From: a virus
Direction: 5' to 3' (one strand)
Length of the DNA stretch: 64,000 bases
Virus record (IMG/VR): IMGVR_UViG_3300024996_000004
The position numbers and the translations under genes are program-made. How positions within the stretch are numbered: position 1 is the stretch's first letter; the number at the start of each line of letters is the position of its first letter. Below the pieces are notes generated by a model. That model ran no database searches, was not told where the DNA came from, and worked only from the letters and a program-made list of their open reading frames with translations. Of this stretch, positions 7,158 to 17,475 are shown in pieces.

Positions 7158-7658
7158 TACTAATAAACATCTCTTAACTAAAAAGAATATAGTGTTTTAG
7201 GTTCTGATCAAATTACAGTTAAAGAATCTAGAGTCATACGTAAAAAGTTTGAAAAACGAGTGGATTATCTAGTAAACATGTTATGCAAATGTTTGAAAAT
7301 AAAATTGTATTGGTTTGATTATTTTATGTAAAATTTTTACGATTCGTTATTTTCCGAAAAATTTTTTCATGCTATCCTAGTTGAGTATGAAGGAGAATAT
7401 AACTGTGATGAATTAGAAGTGATGGAAGCTAAGGAAAAAATCATACAGGCAAAGTATGCAGATTTTGATTATCTTGATAATGTCATGACATTGCCGTTGC
7501 TTTGGTTAATAGAAGATATTGATGATGAAATACAATCTAGAGTAGCATCCATTAAAAAGAAAAAGAAAGCAGTGAAGAAAGATCATTTACAAGTTTCCAT
7601 TGAGAAAAAGTTGACGAAAGAAGAATTGGCATTTATTGGATGGTGTGGAAATAAATAG
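7150..7658 (+). pseudogene. Disrupted hypothetical gene (frameshift + internal stop)
   Basis: Coupled ATG at 7150; shift in A-run at ~7180 and TAA at ~7329 link it to ORF 7419-7658. Confidence 0.5.
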
Positions 7659-7675
7659 AAGAAACCTTGGACTAA

Positions 7676-8053
7676 ATGCATATGAAAATTGAGACACTTG
7701 TAGAAGCTTTTGATGATACGATGAGTTATGATAGTAAAGTAAAGATGGACATTCCATTAAAGAGTGGAACGGTTATTCCGATGGGAACCGTTGTAAAATG
7801 TGAATTTGATGCTGAGAATACTAGAGTGTTTCGTGTCACTGTGGTTTTGCAGGGTGATGAATTTAGTTTCAAGATGCCTTATAGAGCGGCTAACAAGTAT
7901 TTGAGTGGATTTACGAAAGAGCCTAGCATGCGATCTTTGGAGAAGTATAACAATGATGGTATTTGTCCTAGTGTGTTGGGGGCACGGGTTGAACCCGATG
8001 GTCATGGTCCTCATGGCGAACCGAGTTGGATGTTGGTCTTAGGATTGATTTAA
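7676..8053 (+). CDS. Conserved hypothetical phage protein
   Basis: C-terminal VEPDG..PHG.PSW...LGLI motif; MKIETLVE N-terminus. Confidence 0.8.
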   Translation: MHMKIETLVEAFDDTMSYDSKVKMDIPLKSGTVIPMGTVVKCEFDAENTRVFRVTVVLQGDEFSFKMPYRAANKYLSGFTKEPSMRSLEKYNNDGICPSVLGARVEPDGHGPHGEPSWMLVLGLI

Positions 8054-8088
8054 GAACGATATTGTAATGCTCAGGGAAGAGAATACGA

Positions 8089-9159
8089 TTATTCTCTTCC
8101 TAACACTTTATTTTTAATCTGTTTTAAATCTCTAATACTATCTTCAATATACTTGACTTTATCTGTTGGGATCAAGGTTTTCCAATCAGGATGATCTTCA
8201 TTAAGAAAAAATATATCATTTAAAACATCATTTATATGTGAAGAAAGATTGGATTTAACTTTCATTTTATAATCATATTTAACACCATCAATATCCTTGA
8301 TAATACTGTTTGCGACTGCATTAAGTATGTCAGATTGTGCTTGTTTTCTTATAGATTCTAATTGTTGAATTTTATCTTTATCAATAGCTTTGTATAGTAA
8401 AGGATCATCTAACAGTCTATTTAATATATCGTTTGTCACACGAAATAATGTAGTTTTTGTTCCAATGTTATGAATGGTAGCTAATACATCATCAATCTCA
8501 TCTTTAAGATTAGCAATTTTACCTTCAGTTCTTATATCTTTAATTTTAGTTTGTTTGAAAGCATTCTTAATGATTTCAACGTATTGTGTGATATTTAAAC
8601 CGATAGATTTTAATAATTCGCGTTCACTGATATGACGATCAGCAGGATTGAAATACTCAAAATCCTCTCCTTCGAAGATAGCTGCAGCATATTTTTCACC
8701 TGTTGATTTATTAATAAAATAAATTAATGTAACATTTTGATCAAGAAAATAGGAATCAAAATAATTTTTAGATTTTGTGGCAGCAGTGCACCATTCTGTC
8801 CCCTTTCCGTAGAAACAGGAGGCTTCTTTAGATAATGGAATGAGTGCTACCCAATCTCCCCACGTTTTTAATATAATAGAATTGTCTTTTACCTGTCGTT
8901 TAGCTTGTTTATTGGATGGCACATTTTTAATAGAGTTGACGTAATAATTAAATTGGCTAAAAGGAACTTTAGCCCATCTGTTAATATCTTTATCTTCTGC
9001 AGGAATACGATGTTTATCATTTAACTCTTTAAATGATTTTAATGTATCATCAACAAGAGAAGGGTCGATATTTTGATTAATAAAGGATTGTCTTGCATCC
9101 TTATAAGATTCGATAACAATATAAGATTCTAGAAGAAAAGTTTTGAAGGATTTATGCAT
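8089..9159 (-). CDS. Putative internal head protein with YGKGTEWCT domain
   Basis: KSFKTFLLES N-terminus resembles T4 capsid-targeting sequence; paralog of next gene. Confidence 0.75.
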   Translation of the reverse strand: MHKSFKTFLLESYIVIESYKDARQSFINQNIDPSLVDDTLKSFKELNDKHRIPAEDKDINRWAKVPFSQFNYYVNSIKNVPSNKQAKRQVKDNSIILKTWGDWVALIPLSKEASCFYGKGTEWCTAATKSKNYFDSYFLDQNVTLIYFINKSTGEKYAAAIFEGEDFEYFNPADRHISERELLKSIGLNITQYVEIIKNAFKQTKIKDIRTEGKIANLKDEIDDVLATIHNIGTKTTLFRVTNDILNRLLDDPLLYKAIDKDKIQQLESIRKQAQSDILNAVANSIIKDIDGVKYDYKMKVKSNLSSHINDVLNDIFFLNEDHPDWKTLIPTDKVKYIEDSIRDLKQIKNKVLGRE

Positions 9160-10249
9160 ATTTTCTATTATTCTCTCTTTGCTGTTTATCTATGGCATTA
9201 AAAACTTCTTTAATTTTAGCTTTGGCAGCATTTATTTTTTGAACTTCATCAGGCTTGACGTATTTCTCATAACCTGCAGGAAGTGCTCTCGTGCTTAACA
9301 TGAAAATTCTAAATGATCCTTGAACATATATTCCAACAGAAGCTAAATCATCCACAGGTTTTTCTAGAGTTTTTTCTATAACTTCTAAATTGCCCATAAC
9401 TCGTTCCATGGTGTTTCTAACAAATTGTCCATAATTATCGTCACGTTTTTTCTTTAATTTTTCTATAGTTCTAATATCGGCAACTTTAGATAGATTGGGG
9501 TTATCTAATAAGTCACCGATATCTAGATATCTATTATATGCTCCACCCTCACCTATACTGTAAGATAGTTCTTTATCAATCTTAGCTTTTAAAGGTTTGT
9601 ATTTATTATTTTCTCTTGCTATATCTACTGCTCCAACATTAAGAGATTGTCTTATAATATCTCTGATATCTGATACAGATATATCCAAATTTTCGGCCAA
9701 TTCATGTGATGAAATAGAATTATCACGTTCATCAAAATATTGTAATTCTATTCCATCATATTCGTCGGGTTTTTTTACTGCAATAGCATATCGAGTTCCA
9801 TCAACTTTATTAATAAAATAAATTAATGTAATTCCATTGTCGAAATAATTATCAAAATAATTATCAGATTTTGTAGCAGCAGTACACCATTCTGTCCCCT
9901 TTCCGTAGAAACAGGAGGCTTCTTTAGATAGAGGAATAAGGGCAATCCAATTACCAAAAGTGGTTAATGTTATGGCATTCTTTTTTACATCTTTTTTAGA
10001 TTGTTTATTTGATGGTGTCGATTCTAATTGATTGACAAAATGTATCAAATCGTCAAACGGTCTTTTAGTCCATTTATTAATATCTTTAAATTCAGGTTTA
10101 ACACGATTAGCATCAACTAATCGTTTAAACTTTTTTAAATAATCTGCTACGGTGGTTTCATCATTATCTTTGGAAAAGATACGTTCGGCATCTTTGTAGG
10201 ATTCGAGAATAAGAGATTCGATAAGATATTTTTTGAAAGAATAAGTCAT
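9152..10249 (-). CDS. Putative internal head protein with YGKGTEWCT domain (paralog)
   Basis: YSFKKYLIESLILES N-terminus; identical ALIPLSKEASCFYGKGTEWCTAATKS; late promoter upstream. Confidence 0.75.
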   Translation of the reverse strand: MTYSFKKYLIESLILESYKDAERIFSKDNDETTVADYLKKFKRLVDANRVKPEFKDINKWTKRPFDDLIHFVNQLESTPSNKQSKKDVKKNAITLTTFGNWIALIPLSKEASCFYGKGTEWCTAATKSDNYFDNYFDNGITLIYFINKVDGTRYAIAVKKPDEYDGIELQYFDERDNSISSHELAENLDISVSDIRDIIRQSLNVGAVDIARENNKYKPLKAKIDKELSYSIGEGGAYNRYLDIGDLLDNPNLSKVADIRTIEKLKKKRDDNYGQFVRNTMERVMGNLEVIEKTLEKPVDDLASVGIYVQGSFRIFMLSTRALPAGYEKYVKPDEVQKINAAKAKIKEVFNAIDKQQRENNRKYA

Positions 10250-10269
10250 GATGAATATAATGTTTATCA

Positions 10270-10277
10270 TATTTATA
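10270..10277 (-). promoter_or_regulatory. T4-type late promoter
   Basis: TATAAATA on minus strand 21 nt before ATG. Confidence 0.75.
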
Positions 10278-10303
10278 ACAATTATGCTCAAAAATGTTAA
10301 CGA

Positions 10304-10332
10304 TTGACATGATAATAATTAAGCTCTAAAAT
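10304..10332 (+). promoter_or_regulatory. Sigma70-type promoter
   Basis: TTGACA-17-TAAAAT. Confidence 0.75.
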
Positions 10333-10373
10333 GATACTTTATTGAAATATAATAATGTGTATAAGGATAAAAT

Positions 10374-10901
10374 ATGAATAATGGTCGCTTGATGAAAGAT
10401 TTTGTACCAAACAACCCGGTTGTTATTAATGGTAAGAAAGAATCTTATGTTTCCGATCCCAACGCCAAACAACGCCTTGGAGATTTTCAAGAAGAAGCTT
10501 ATATTATTCATCAAGCATTAGACAAGATTATATTAATGTTTGAAGAATTGCGTAATAGTGCTTCCGGCCGACCAGCGCAATATAGATTAGAAATTGGGCA
10601 AAATATTGAACCTTATATAGATTGGAGTTACAATGTTAATAAGCTTACTATGAACAAATTTTCTTATATATTTTTTAACAAATATAAATTAATGATACGC
10701 TTCAATGGAACCGATGCTACTAGCATTAGAGGCATCGAATGCTTTTCAAATAATAAAATGTTTTATATTTTCAATGAAAAACTAACACCAGAATTAAATG
10801 ATATTGTTGTTTCTAAACTTAAAAACATTTATGAACTTATTGAAGATTGCTTTGAAGAAAGTTTGTATGATATTTCAAATGGCATGTTGCTAATTTCATG
10901 A
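10374..10901 (+). CDS. Hypothetical protein
   Basis: AAGGA RBS; ORF. Confidence 0.75.
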   Translation: MNNGRLMKDFVPNNPVVINGKKESYVSDPNAKQRLGDFQEEAYIIHQALDKIILMFEELRNSASGRPAQYRLEIGQNIEPYIDWSYNVNKLTMNKFSYIFFNKYKLMIRFNGTDATSIRGIECFSNNKMFYIFNEKLTPELNDIVVSKLKNIYELIEDCFEESLYDISNGMLLIS

Positions 10902-11376
10902 ATAATTACAGTTTAATCTCAGATAAACCTGAATTTATAAACATTAAATCTTTTGAAGATGAATGGTCTTCCATTAGTGATACATTTATTTCTGAGTTTG
11001 AAGAGAAATATTTTGAGTGAGTAGATTGCATTAAAAGCATGGAGAATTTTTTGAATTGTAATTTAAGTAATATAGAAAATTTTTATGTTAAAAACCGTTA
11101 TTATTTAAAAAAGAAAAAGATAATGTTATTGCATTAGAATTCAATATACCAAAACATTCATCTCAACCAAATACGATTTGTCATATTGAGTTGGAACTTT
11201 CTAACATATATAAAATTCATGATATAAGTTTCAATATAAAAAACAAATTTATAAAATATGGACATTGGGATAAAGATACGTTACAGAAATTAGACAACAA
11301 ATATGTCGAATTAATGAATTACATCGAAGATATGACTTCTACATCATGGAATGATATAATCAGCATTTATGTATAA
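10898..11376 (+). pseudogene. Disrupted paralog of 11416-11940
   Basis: ATGA coupling; in-frame TGA at 11018; frameshift in A-run at ~11110; C-terminus LELSNIY...IEDMTS..W.DII.IYV shared with next gene. Confidence 0.7.
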
Positions 11377-11415
11377 TGTATTAACATTTAAAAATGGGAA
11401 ACTAAAATTACAATT

Positions 11416-11940
11416 ATGTCAACACAAATTAATGATTACTTAACAAAATATCACAAATCAAATTCTTCTACAATAGTTAAAGATATAGAGGATTTGTACA
11501 TTGAAAATCTTATAGATTATAAGGCATCTTTCGATAATTTTCAGCAGGAATATGCAAATTCGATAAATTATAAAGACCTTATTCAAAGATTTTTAAATTA
11601 CAATTTTAATTCAATAAGTTTTTTTAGTATAAAAAAGAATATATTTTTAACAAAACATTCTAAAGTCAACACTGTTACTATACAATTCGATATTTTAGGA
11701 TATTCTCCATCAATGTCATGCATAAAATGTGGAATTGTTTTGGAACTTTCTAACATATATGAAATATTTACGTTAACTTTGAATGGCACTACTGTAGTTG
11801 AACGCGATGAATTAGAATTGATATCAAAATTTAGTCCAGAAACGAACCAAAAAATACATAATAAATATATTGAATTCATGGATCATATTGAAGATATGAC
11901 TTCTAAACCGTGGTGCGATATTATCAATATTTATGTATAA
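11416..11940 (+). CDS. Hypothetical protein (tandem paralog family)
   Basis: ORF; paralogy with upstream pseudogene. Confidence 0.75.
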   Translation: MSTQINDYLTKYHKSNSSTIVKDIEDLYIENLIDYKASFDNFQQEYANSINYKDLIQRFLNYNFNSISFFSIKKNIFLTKHSKVNTVTIQFDILGYSPSMSCIKCGIVLELSNIYEIFTLTLNGTTVVERDELELISKFSPETNQKIHNKYIEFMDHIEDMTSKPWCDIINIYV

Positions 11941-12682
11941 TTTATTTAAGATTATAAAACAGAAAAATAAAATGAAACAATTAAAAACAAAATTTAAAGA
12001 TTCTATGTATGATTATGCTAACATAAATGAATATTTTTCATTTTATGGAAACGTCATATATATTTCCAGTGATTATCTATTAGATCAAGAATATTTCTTG
12101 ATTCTCAAAAAACATAACAAATATGCTTTCGTTTATATTGAAAAACCTACTTTAGATTACTTTTCATCATTAGATAATAGAGATGATTTGATAGAAGATT
12201 TGGAAAATATTGAACAATACATTCAGTTTGTTGAAGGATTTAATAATTTTACACTAAAGCTGAATTATTATTTAAATAATAAAGCTATGCATCTATCATC
12301 CAAAAATGAATTGATAGCTATTAAAAATAATCCAGAATCTTTTTGGAACACTATTCAGATAGAACATCTTATTAAATTGCATAAAAAGAATGGTACTATT
12401 AAAGACAAAGAATTATTACATGATAGTCATTTTGTAGGAAATAATGTTATTCGCAGTTTAACAACTGCTTCTAATGTTTATCATACACAATTCAATATTT
12501 TATTTGAATGGATAGTAGGCAATCCGTTTATGGATATTACTATAGTTCATTTTAACTCTAAAGTTGAACGTCGATTACACGTATATGATATCAAAGAACT
12601 ATCTAATGTACTATTAACAATGTCTAAACTCAATGATGAAACTAGCATGAAAGCTTCTTACGAATTTTCTCAAAACGGTTGA
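11933..12682 (+). CDS. Hypothetical protein
   Basis: Long ORF in AT-rich DNA. Confidence 0.75.
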   Translation: MYNLFKIIKQKNKMKQLKTKFKDSMYDYANINEYFSFYGNVIYISSDYLLDQEYFLILKKHNKYAFVYIEKPTLDYFSSLDNRDDLIEDLENIEQYIQFVEGFNNFTLKLNYYLNNKAMHLSSKNELIAIKNNPESFWNTIQIEHLIKLHKKNGTIKDKELLHDSHFVGNNVIRSLTTASNVYHTQFNILFEWIVGNPFMDITIVHFNSKVERRLHVYDIKELSNVLLTMSKLNDETSMKASYEFSQNG

Positions 12683-12729
12683 TCTGATCGTTATAATAAC
12701 GTAAACTAGTTTCATCAATAGGATCATAC

Positions 12730-13908
12730 ATGTCAATTAATTATAGTTGTACTAATGAGAATCAAGATTTCTCACATAGTTTTATAAACACTTACATAGA
12801 ATTATTCGGTGAAATTTATACACATGTTCATCGTCATTCATTCATAACAAAAAATAAAATTAATATCGATTTAATCCGAAAATTGGTTAAAAATTCATTT
12901 AAAAATTATAATTTTGATGTTGAATACTCGTCTATTATTAGAGGATTATCTGTATTTGATTATGAAGATATAACCGAAGATGATGAATTGTGTACAGCAG
13001 ATTCGCTTAAAAAAGCTTCTAATGAGATGGAATATGTGGATTATGTAGACTACATGTATTTTTTCGATAAAGTGAATAAACTTGGTGTAAATGTGCTTTA
13101 CACTAATCGTATATTACAAATTGGTGTAGTTTCTCACGAATATGAAAGTTCTAAAACATTATTTGATATACTTCATGATTCTGTACGACAATTGAAAAAG
13201 AATGATAAGTCTAAAAACAAAATCAATTTTATTTGTCGTAATCAACAAGGATTTTATTTAGAAGAATTGAAATTAAAATTAACTAATACTTTTGATATTG
13301 AAAACCATTATAATGATGCTTTCGTACCAGTATCTAATCATATTGAAGCTATGTTGAATAAAGATAATTCTAAAGGAATTATTCTTCTTTATGGAGTTCC
13401 CGGTACAGGCAAAACTTCTTATTTAAGATATTTGATTCAAGCTCTTAATAAAAATATTATTTATGTTTCGCCAGAAATGGCAACTGCTATTTCAGAACCA
13501 GCATTCCTTTCATTTTTGATGAATCATAAAAATAGTATATTAATTATTGAAGATGCTGAAAACGTATTACAAACAAGAGAATCGGGTGCTAATCAAGCGG
13601 TAGCTAACTTATTGAATGTTACAGATGGTATTTTAGGAGACGGTTTAAACTTCCAAGTAGTATGCACCTTTAACACTGAATTGATGAATATCGATAAAGC
13701 ATTGCGTCGTCCGGGAAGATTAATTGCAGAATATGAATTTACTACTTTATCTTTAGATAAAACTAATTCTCTTATTAAAATTTTATATGGAGAGGATTCA
13801 AAGAAAGTTGAAAAATGTATGACTCTCGCTGAAATATTCAATATGAAAGACCCCGAATATTTACATGAGACTAAAGTTGAATCCAAACCTTTTGGATTTA
13901 TTAGATAA
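12730..13908 (+). CDS. AAA+ ATPase
   Basis: Walker A GVPGTGKT, Walker B ILIIEDAE, SRH DKALRRPGRL. Confidence 0.92.
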   Translation: MSINYSCTNENQDFSHSFINTYIELFGEIYTHVHRHSFITKNKINIDLIRKLVKNSFKNYNFDVEYSSIIRGLSVFDYEDITEDDELCTADSLKKASNEMEYVDYVDYMYFFDKVNKLGVNVLYTNRILQIGVVSHEYESSKTLFDILHDSVRQLKKNDKSKNKINFICRNQQGFYLEELKLKLTNTFDIENHYNDAFVPVSNHIEAMLNKDNSKGIILLYGVPGTGKTSYLRYLIQALNKNIIYVSPEMATAISEPAFLSFLMNHKNSILIIEDAENVLQTRESGANQAVANLLNVTDGILGDGLNFQVVCTFNTELMNIDKALRRPGRLIAEYEFTTLSLDKTNSLIKILYGEDSKKVEKCMTLAEIFNMKDPEYLHETKVESKPFGFIR

Positions 13909-13940
13909 AAAATAAGCCCGGATATCCGGGCTTATTTTTT
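13907..13940. terminator. Bidirectional terminator between convergent genes
   Basis: AAAAATAAGCCCGGA-TA-TCCGGGCTTATTTTT. Confidence 0.9.
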
Positions 13941-14370
13941 ATCGCATGTTAAAACGTGATCGAGGTCGTTCAGGCTGTTGCTGACTTCTATCAAACTGTG
14001 TTGCAGTTCTATTAATTGGACGTTGATCAAACATTTGACGACCTTTCAACTGATCTTGCATCTCAGCTAAATCATTTTCTATAGTTTTAGTCAATCGAGC
14101 GACCAATCCACGTAATTGATTCAAGTTGCGGAACACGCGAGACTTTTGTTCAGGATCGCCTAATTTATTTGCAATCTTAACTGCGTTTTGAGCAGCTTGA
14201 AAACGCTTTTTAGCTTCATCAAACATGAATCCTAAATCATTACTATCAAAATCTAACACGCCTTCATTTAGACTTTTAACAGTTTTATGATATTTCTTAT
14301 GCAAGGATAAGATTGTATCCTTTATTTCTGCCAATTCATTTTCTATAATTATTTTTTGTAGTAATTCCAT
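13939..14370 (-). CDS. Coiled-coil protein, putative internal head protein
   Basis: MELLQKIIIENE N-terminus; in late-promoter cluster. Confidence 0.7.
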   Translation of the reverse strand: MELLQKIIIENELAEIKDTILSLHKKYHKTVKSLNEGVLDFDSNDLGFMFDEAKKRFQAAQNAVKIANKLGDPEQKSRVFRNLNQLRGLVARLTKTIENDLAEMQDQLKGRQMFDQRPINRTATQFDRSQQQPERPRSRFNMR

Positions 14371-14379
14371 GTCTATTCC

Positions 14380-14712
14380 TTAAAAAAAGTTAAAATCTTT
14401 AGTTGCATCATCTTGTTCATCATCGACATCATCAAATTCTTCATCATCAGAATCATCATCCCTATTGATAACTTCGATATTAGGATCATCTTCTAATGAA
14501 GTTTGTTCTTGATCAAATTTTTTATGATGTGGACAATTGCATTCACAATCCATTTCATCTTCTCTACTATCTCCTTGATCATCATCTACATCATCTCTTA
14601 CGCTAAAATCAATAATATCATCTTGATCTTCAAAAGAAGGTTCATCTTGAAAATCGGGAGCAGGCATATTAAATACCGCGAATTCGTTTATAAGTTCTCT
14701 TAAAACTTTCAT
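14380..14712 (-). CDS. Highly acidic protein, putative internal head protein
   Basis: MKVLRELINEF; D/E-rich; CECNCPHH; TATAAATA at 14739-14746. Confidence 0.75.
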   Translation of the reverse strand: MKVLRELINEFAVFNMPAPDFQDEPSFEDQDDIIDFSVRDDVDDDQGDSREDEMDCECNCPHHKKFDQEQTSLEDDPNIEVINRDDDSDDEEFDDVDDEQDDATKDFNFF

Positions 14713-14764
14713 TAGATTAAATCCTCAAAATCTACACTTATTTATAATCATTTGTTTAATGTTA

Positions 14765-15025
14765 TCAACTTCTGGTTAAAGCTTTGCCATAATGATAAAC
14801 GATTGCACTTTCACCGGGATGATGATCATGTTCAGCAATAGAATATTCTGTGGTATCGTGAGAAGTGCCTAGCTTATGAACCCCTTTGATAGTTCCATGC
14901 CCAATAGCTGAACGATAATGCCATGAAACCTGAGTACCATTCGCCCATGTTTTTACTTTATGATCTTGTTCTAAAATAGTATCAAACAAATTGAATTCGT
15001 TGATTAATTCATTTAAAACTGACAT
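14765..15025 (-). CDS. DUF2945/Hva1-Tudor-like small protein with capsid-targeting-like leader
   Basis: GTQVSWHY..GHGTI...Y.I...VYHYGKAL; MSVLNELINEF; TATAAATA at 15048-15055. Confidence 0.6.
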   Translation of the reverse strand: MSVLNELINEFNLFDTILEQDHKVKTWANGTQVSWHYRSAIGHGTIKGVHKLGTSHDTTEYSIAEHDHHPGESAIVYHYGKALTRS

Positions 15026-15068
15026 AATAACTCCTTATGATTAAAATTATTTATAATTGAGAGGAAAT

Positions 15069-15491
15069 ATGAGATTATATTCATTTGTTATGGGGAATTA
15101 TTTAAATGCTGGTCAACATGGTATTCAAACTGGACACGCTGCAGTTGATTTAACTTTGCAAGATAACTGTATTGCAAAAGAATGGGCCAGACATCACAAA
15201 ACCTTTATCATCTTAAATGCCCGTAATTATGCTGGCTTACGTGAGGTTAGTGCGTTATTAACGACGTATATATCTAGTTATAACAAAGTTTCTGCGGATG
15301 AAGATGAAATACCATTTACAAGTTTCTATGAAGATAAAAATTCATTGAATAACATTCAAACATGTTTTGCTTGTATCCTCCCAGAATCATTTTATGATGA
15401 TAAACATCATGATTATATTATGAATAATCAAACAGTGTGCAGAGACTTGATTAAATCATTGATTAAAGAGTACAATTTGGTTCAACTGTGA
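15069..15491 (+). CDS. Peptidyl-tRNA hydrolase 2-like protein
   Basis: YLNAGQHGIQTGHAA, EW..HHKTFIIL, FYED..L...TC motifs. Confidence 0.65.
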   Translation: MRLYSFVMGNYLNAGQHGIQTGHAAVDLTLQDNCIAKEWARHHKTFIILNARNYAGLREVSALLTTYISSYNKVSADEDEIPFTSFYEDKNSLNNIQTCFACILPESFYDDKHHDYIMNNQTVCRDLIKSLIKEYNLVQL

Positions 15492-15503
15492 GAATGATTA
15501 ATA

Positions 15504-16529
15504 ATGATTATAGACGATGATGTTAAGTTAGATTTTTGTGATGTAATGTTTGTTCCCAAGTATTCGGAATTGACTTCAAGGAAAGATGTTAATTTGAACG
15601 TTAGATATAAAACTTTACATTCAAATCAACGTATAGAAGGTGTCCCAATTATATCAGCTAACATGAGCAGTGTCTCAACCTTTTCAATGGCATTAGCATT
15701 GTCTGCTAATAATATGTTTTGTGCTTTGCATAAACATTATACAGTAAACCAACTTGTTGATTTTTTTGATAATCTTACTGAAAATGAACACAATCATATT
15801 TTTTATACTTTGGGTTTGCGTGATTATAACAAATTTTTAAATTTTATCAAAGCTTGGGGTAAAGCTCCAAAGTTGATTTGTTGCGATGTTGCTCATGGAG
15901 ATTTAGGAATTTTTCATGATTTCGTGCGTTCCATTAGAGAATTATCCAAATATAGCGTTATTATGGCTGGTAATGTTGTTACACCAGAGGGCTGTAAGAG
16001 AATTATTGATTCTGGCGCAGATATAGTAAAGTTAGGTGTTGGTAGTGGAAGTGGCTGCAAAACTAGAATAATAGCGGCCAGTGGATATCCGCAACTATCG
16101 GCCATCATGGAATGTGAATCTGTTGTTCATGATAATGGTGCATTATTATGCTCAGATGGTGGATGTAATACACCCGGAGACTTTAGTAAAGCTTTTGGTG
16201 CGGGTGCAGACTTTGTTATGGCGGGTGGTATATTTGCTGGTCATGATGAATGTGAAGGAAAGATTATTGATAAGAAAATGGAATTTTACGGAATGTCATC
16301 AGAATATGCTATGGATAAATATAATGGTGGTATGGATCATTATAGAGCTTCAGAAGGTAGATATACTATGGTAGACTATAAGGGTAAAGTAAAAACTACT
16401 ATCAATATGATTAAAGGTGGAATTGCAAGTACTGGTAGTTATATTAATGCTTTAAATCTATCAGAATTCCACGATAAAGCACATTTCGTTAAAGCTAACA
16501 GAATGTATAATGATGTTTTTGTGAAGTAA
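15504..16529 (+). CDS. guaC: GMP reductase
   Basis: KLDFCDVMFVPK.S.L.SR, PIISANM, AGNVVT, GVGSGSGCKTR, SDGGC, FYGMSS, YRASEG. Confidence 0.93.
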   Translation: MIIDDDVKLDFCDVMFVPKYSELTSRKDVNLNVRYKTLHSNQRIEGVPIISANMSSVSTFSMALALSANNMFCALHKHYTVNQLVDFFDNLTENEHNHIFYTLGLRDYNKFLNFIKAWGKAPKLICCDVAHGDLGIFHDFVRSIRELSKYSVIMAGNVVTPEGCKRIIDSGADIVKLGVGSGSGCKTRIIAASGYPQLSAIMECESVVHDNGALLCSDGGCNTPGDFSKAFGAGADFVMAGGIFAGHDECEGKIIDKKMEFYGMSSEYAMDKYNGGMDHYRASEGRYTMVDYKGKVKTTINMIKGGIASTGSYINALNLSEFHDKAHFVKANRMYNDVFVK

Positions 16530-16555
16530 ATAATACAAACAATTAGGAAAATAAA

Positions 16556-16843
16556 ATGAGTGAAGTTAAAGGTATATATTTTAATAATGGCATTCAGGCA
16601 GCTGCAAAAATAATGTCTGAAGATGATCGCTATATTGTTGTAGAAAATATGTTAGGTATTCAACTTAACATGCAAGACCCGGAACATCCAATGGTTTCAT
16701 TTGAAGATATGACACCATTCGCAGATATTGAAAAATATGGATTAGATACTAAAATTCCGCGTTCATCAATTATGTTTTTATTTCCATTGGAACGTCAACT
16801 AAGTGATGGTTATAATAAGAGAACAAGTTTAATATTACATTAA
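16556..16843 (+). CDS. Conserved hypothetical protein (Sm/SH3-like)
   Basis: AGGA RBS; beta-rich. Confidence 0.7.
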   Translation: MSEVKGIYFNNGIQAAAKIMSEDDRYIVVENMLGIQLNMQDPEHPMVSFEDMTPFADIEKYGLDTKIPRSSIMFLFPLERQLSDGYNKRTSLILH

Positions 16844-16847
16844 TTGT

Positions 16848-17156
16848 ATGACAGAAGTTACCACTGCTTATAAAAATAATAAAACCATCTATATGGGAAG
16901 CGTGGATTATGGATCAAAGTCAATAACAGATTTTGATCCATTTTTTTATGTGAAAAATGCTATGGATGATAAACATATTTACATCATTATGATAGATCGT
17001 GAATTACCATCATTAGAATTGTTTGAACTTGAAAAAATTCCATTATTAGATGCTAAAGGAATGTCGATGACATCTTCTGAATTGTCGAAAGATGAGTTAT
17101 TGAATATATCAAATAGAGTTCTTGAAATATTTCGCAAGTCTGTTGTTTATCATTGA
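16848..17156 (+). CDS. Hypothetical protein
   Basis: ORF. Confidence 0.7.
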   Translation: MTEVTTAYKNNKTIYMGSVDYGSKSITDFDPFFYVKNAMDDKHIYIIMIDRELPSLELFELEKIPLLDAKGMSMTSSELSKDELLNISNRVLEIFRKSVVYH

Positions 17157-17473
17157 GGGTTGTGATGTATGCCTAATCCGTGCACCTGTTCCAGATATTG
17201 ACGTTCCTCTTTTTCAAAGTCCGAAATAAGCCTGTTTTTATTCCAATGTTTAGGTTCAATGTTATACATTAATATGACTTGGTTATCATGTTCTTCTAAC
17301 CAAAAAGCGACTCCACCAAGATATAATGGAGTTTCTTTGTTATAATGTCTTTTAGTGTAAATAGCATAGTTATAAATGTATTCACCCACATTATTAGTGA
17401 ATTGTGAGAATGACATATTACTAACAATGTCATTTTCCCATTCTTTGTCTTTTAAATATTTTGTATTATCCAT
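17150..17473 (-). CDS. Hypothetical protein
   Basis: ORF. Confidence 0.7.
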   Translation of the reverse strand: MDNTKYLKDKEWENDIVSNMSFSQFTNNVGEYIYNYAIYTKRHYNKETPLYLGGVAFWLEEHDNQVILMYNIEPKHWNKNRLISDFEKEERQYLEQVHGLGIHHNPQ

Positions 17474-17475
17474 AC

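Noticed and set aside
7150-11376. Stop-codon reassignment
   Set aside because: Internal stops differ (TAA and TGA) and co-occur with frameshifts; core genes read normally in code 11 and end in all three stops
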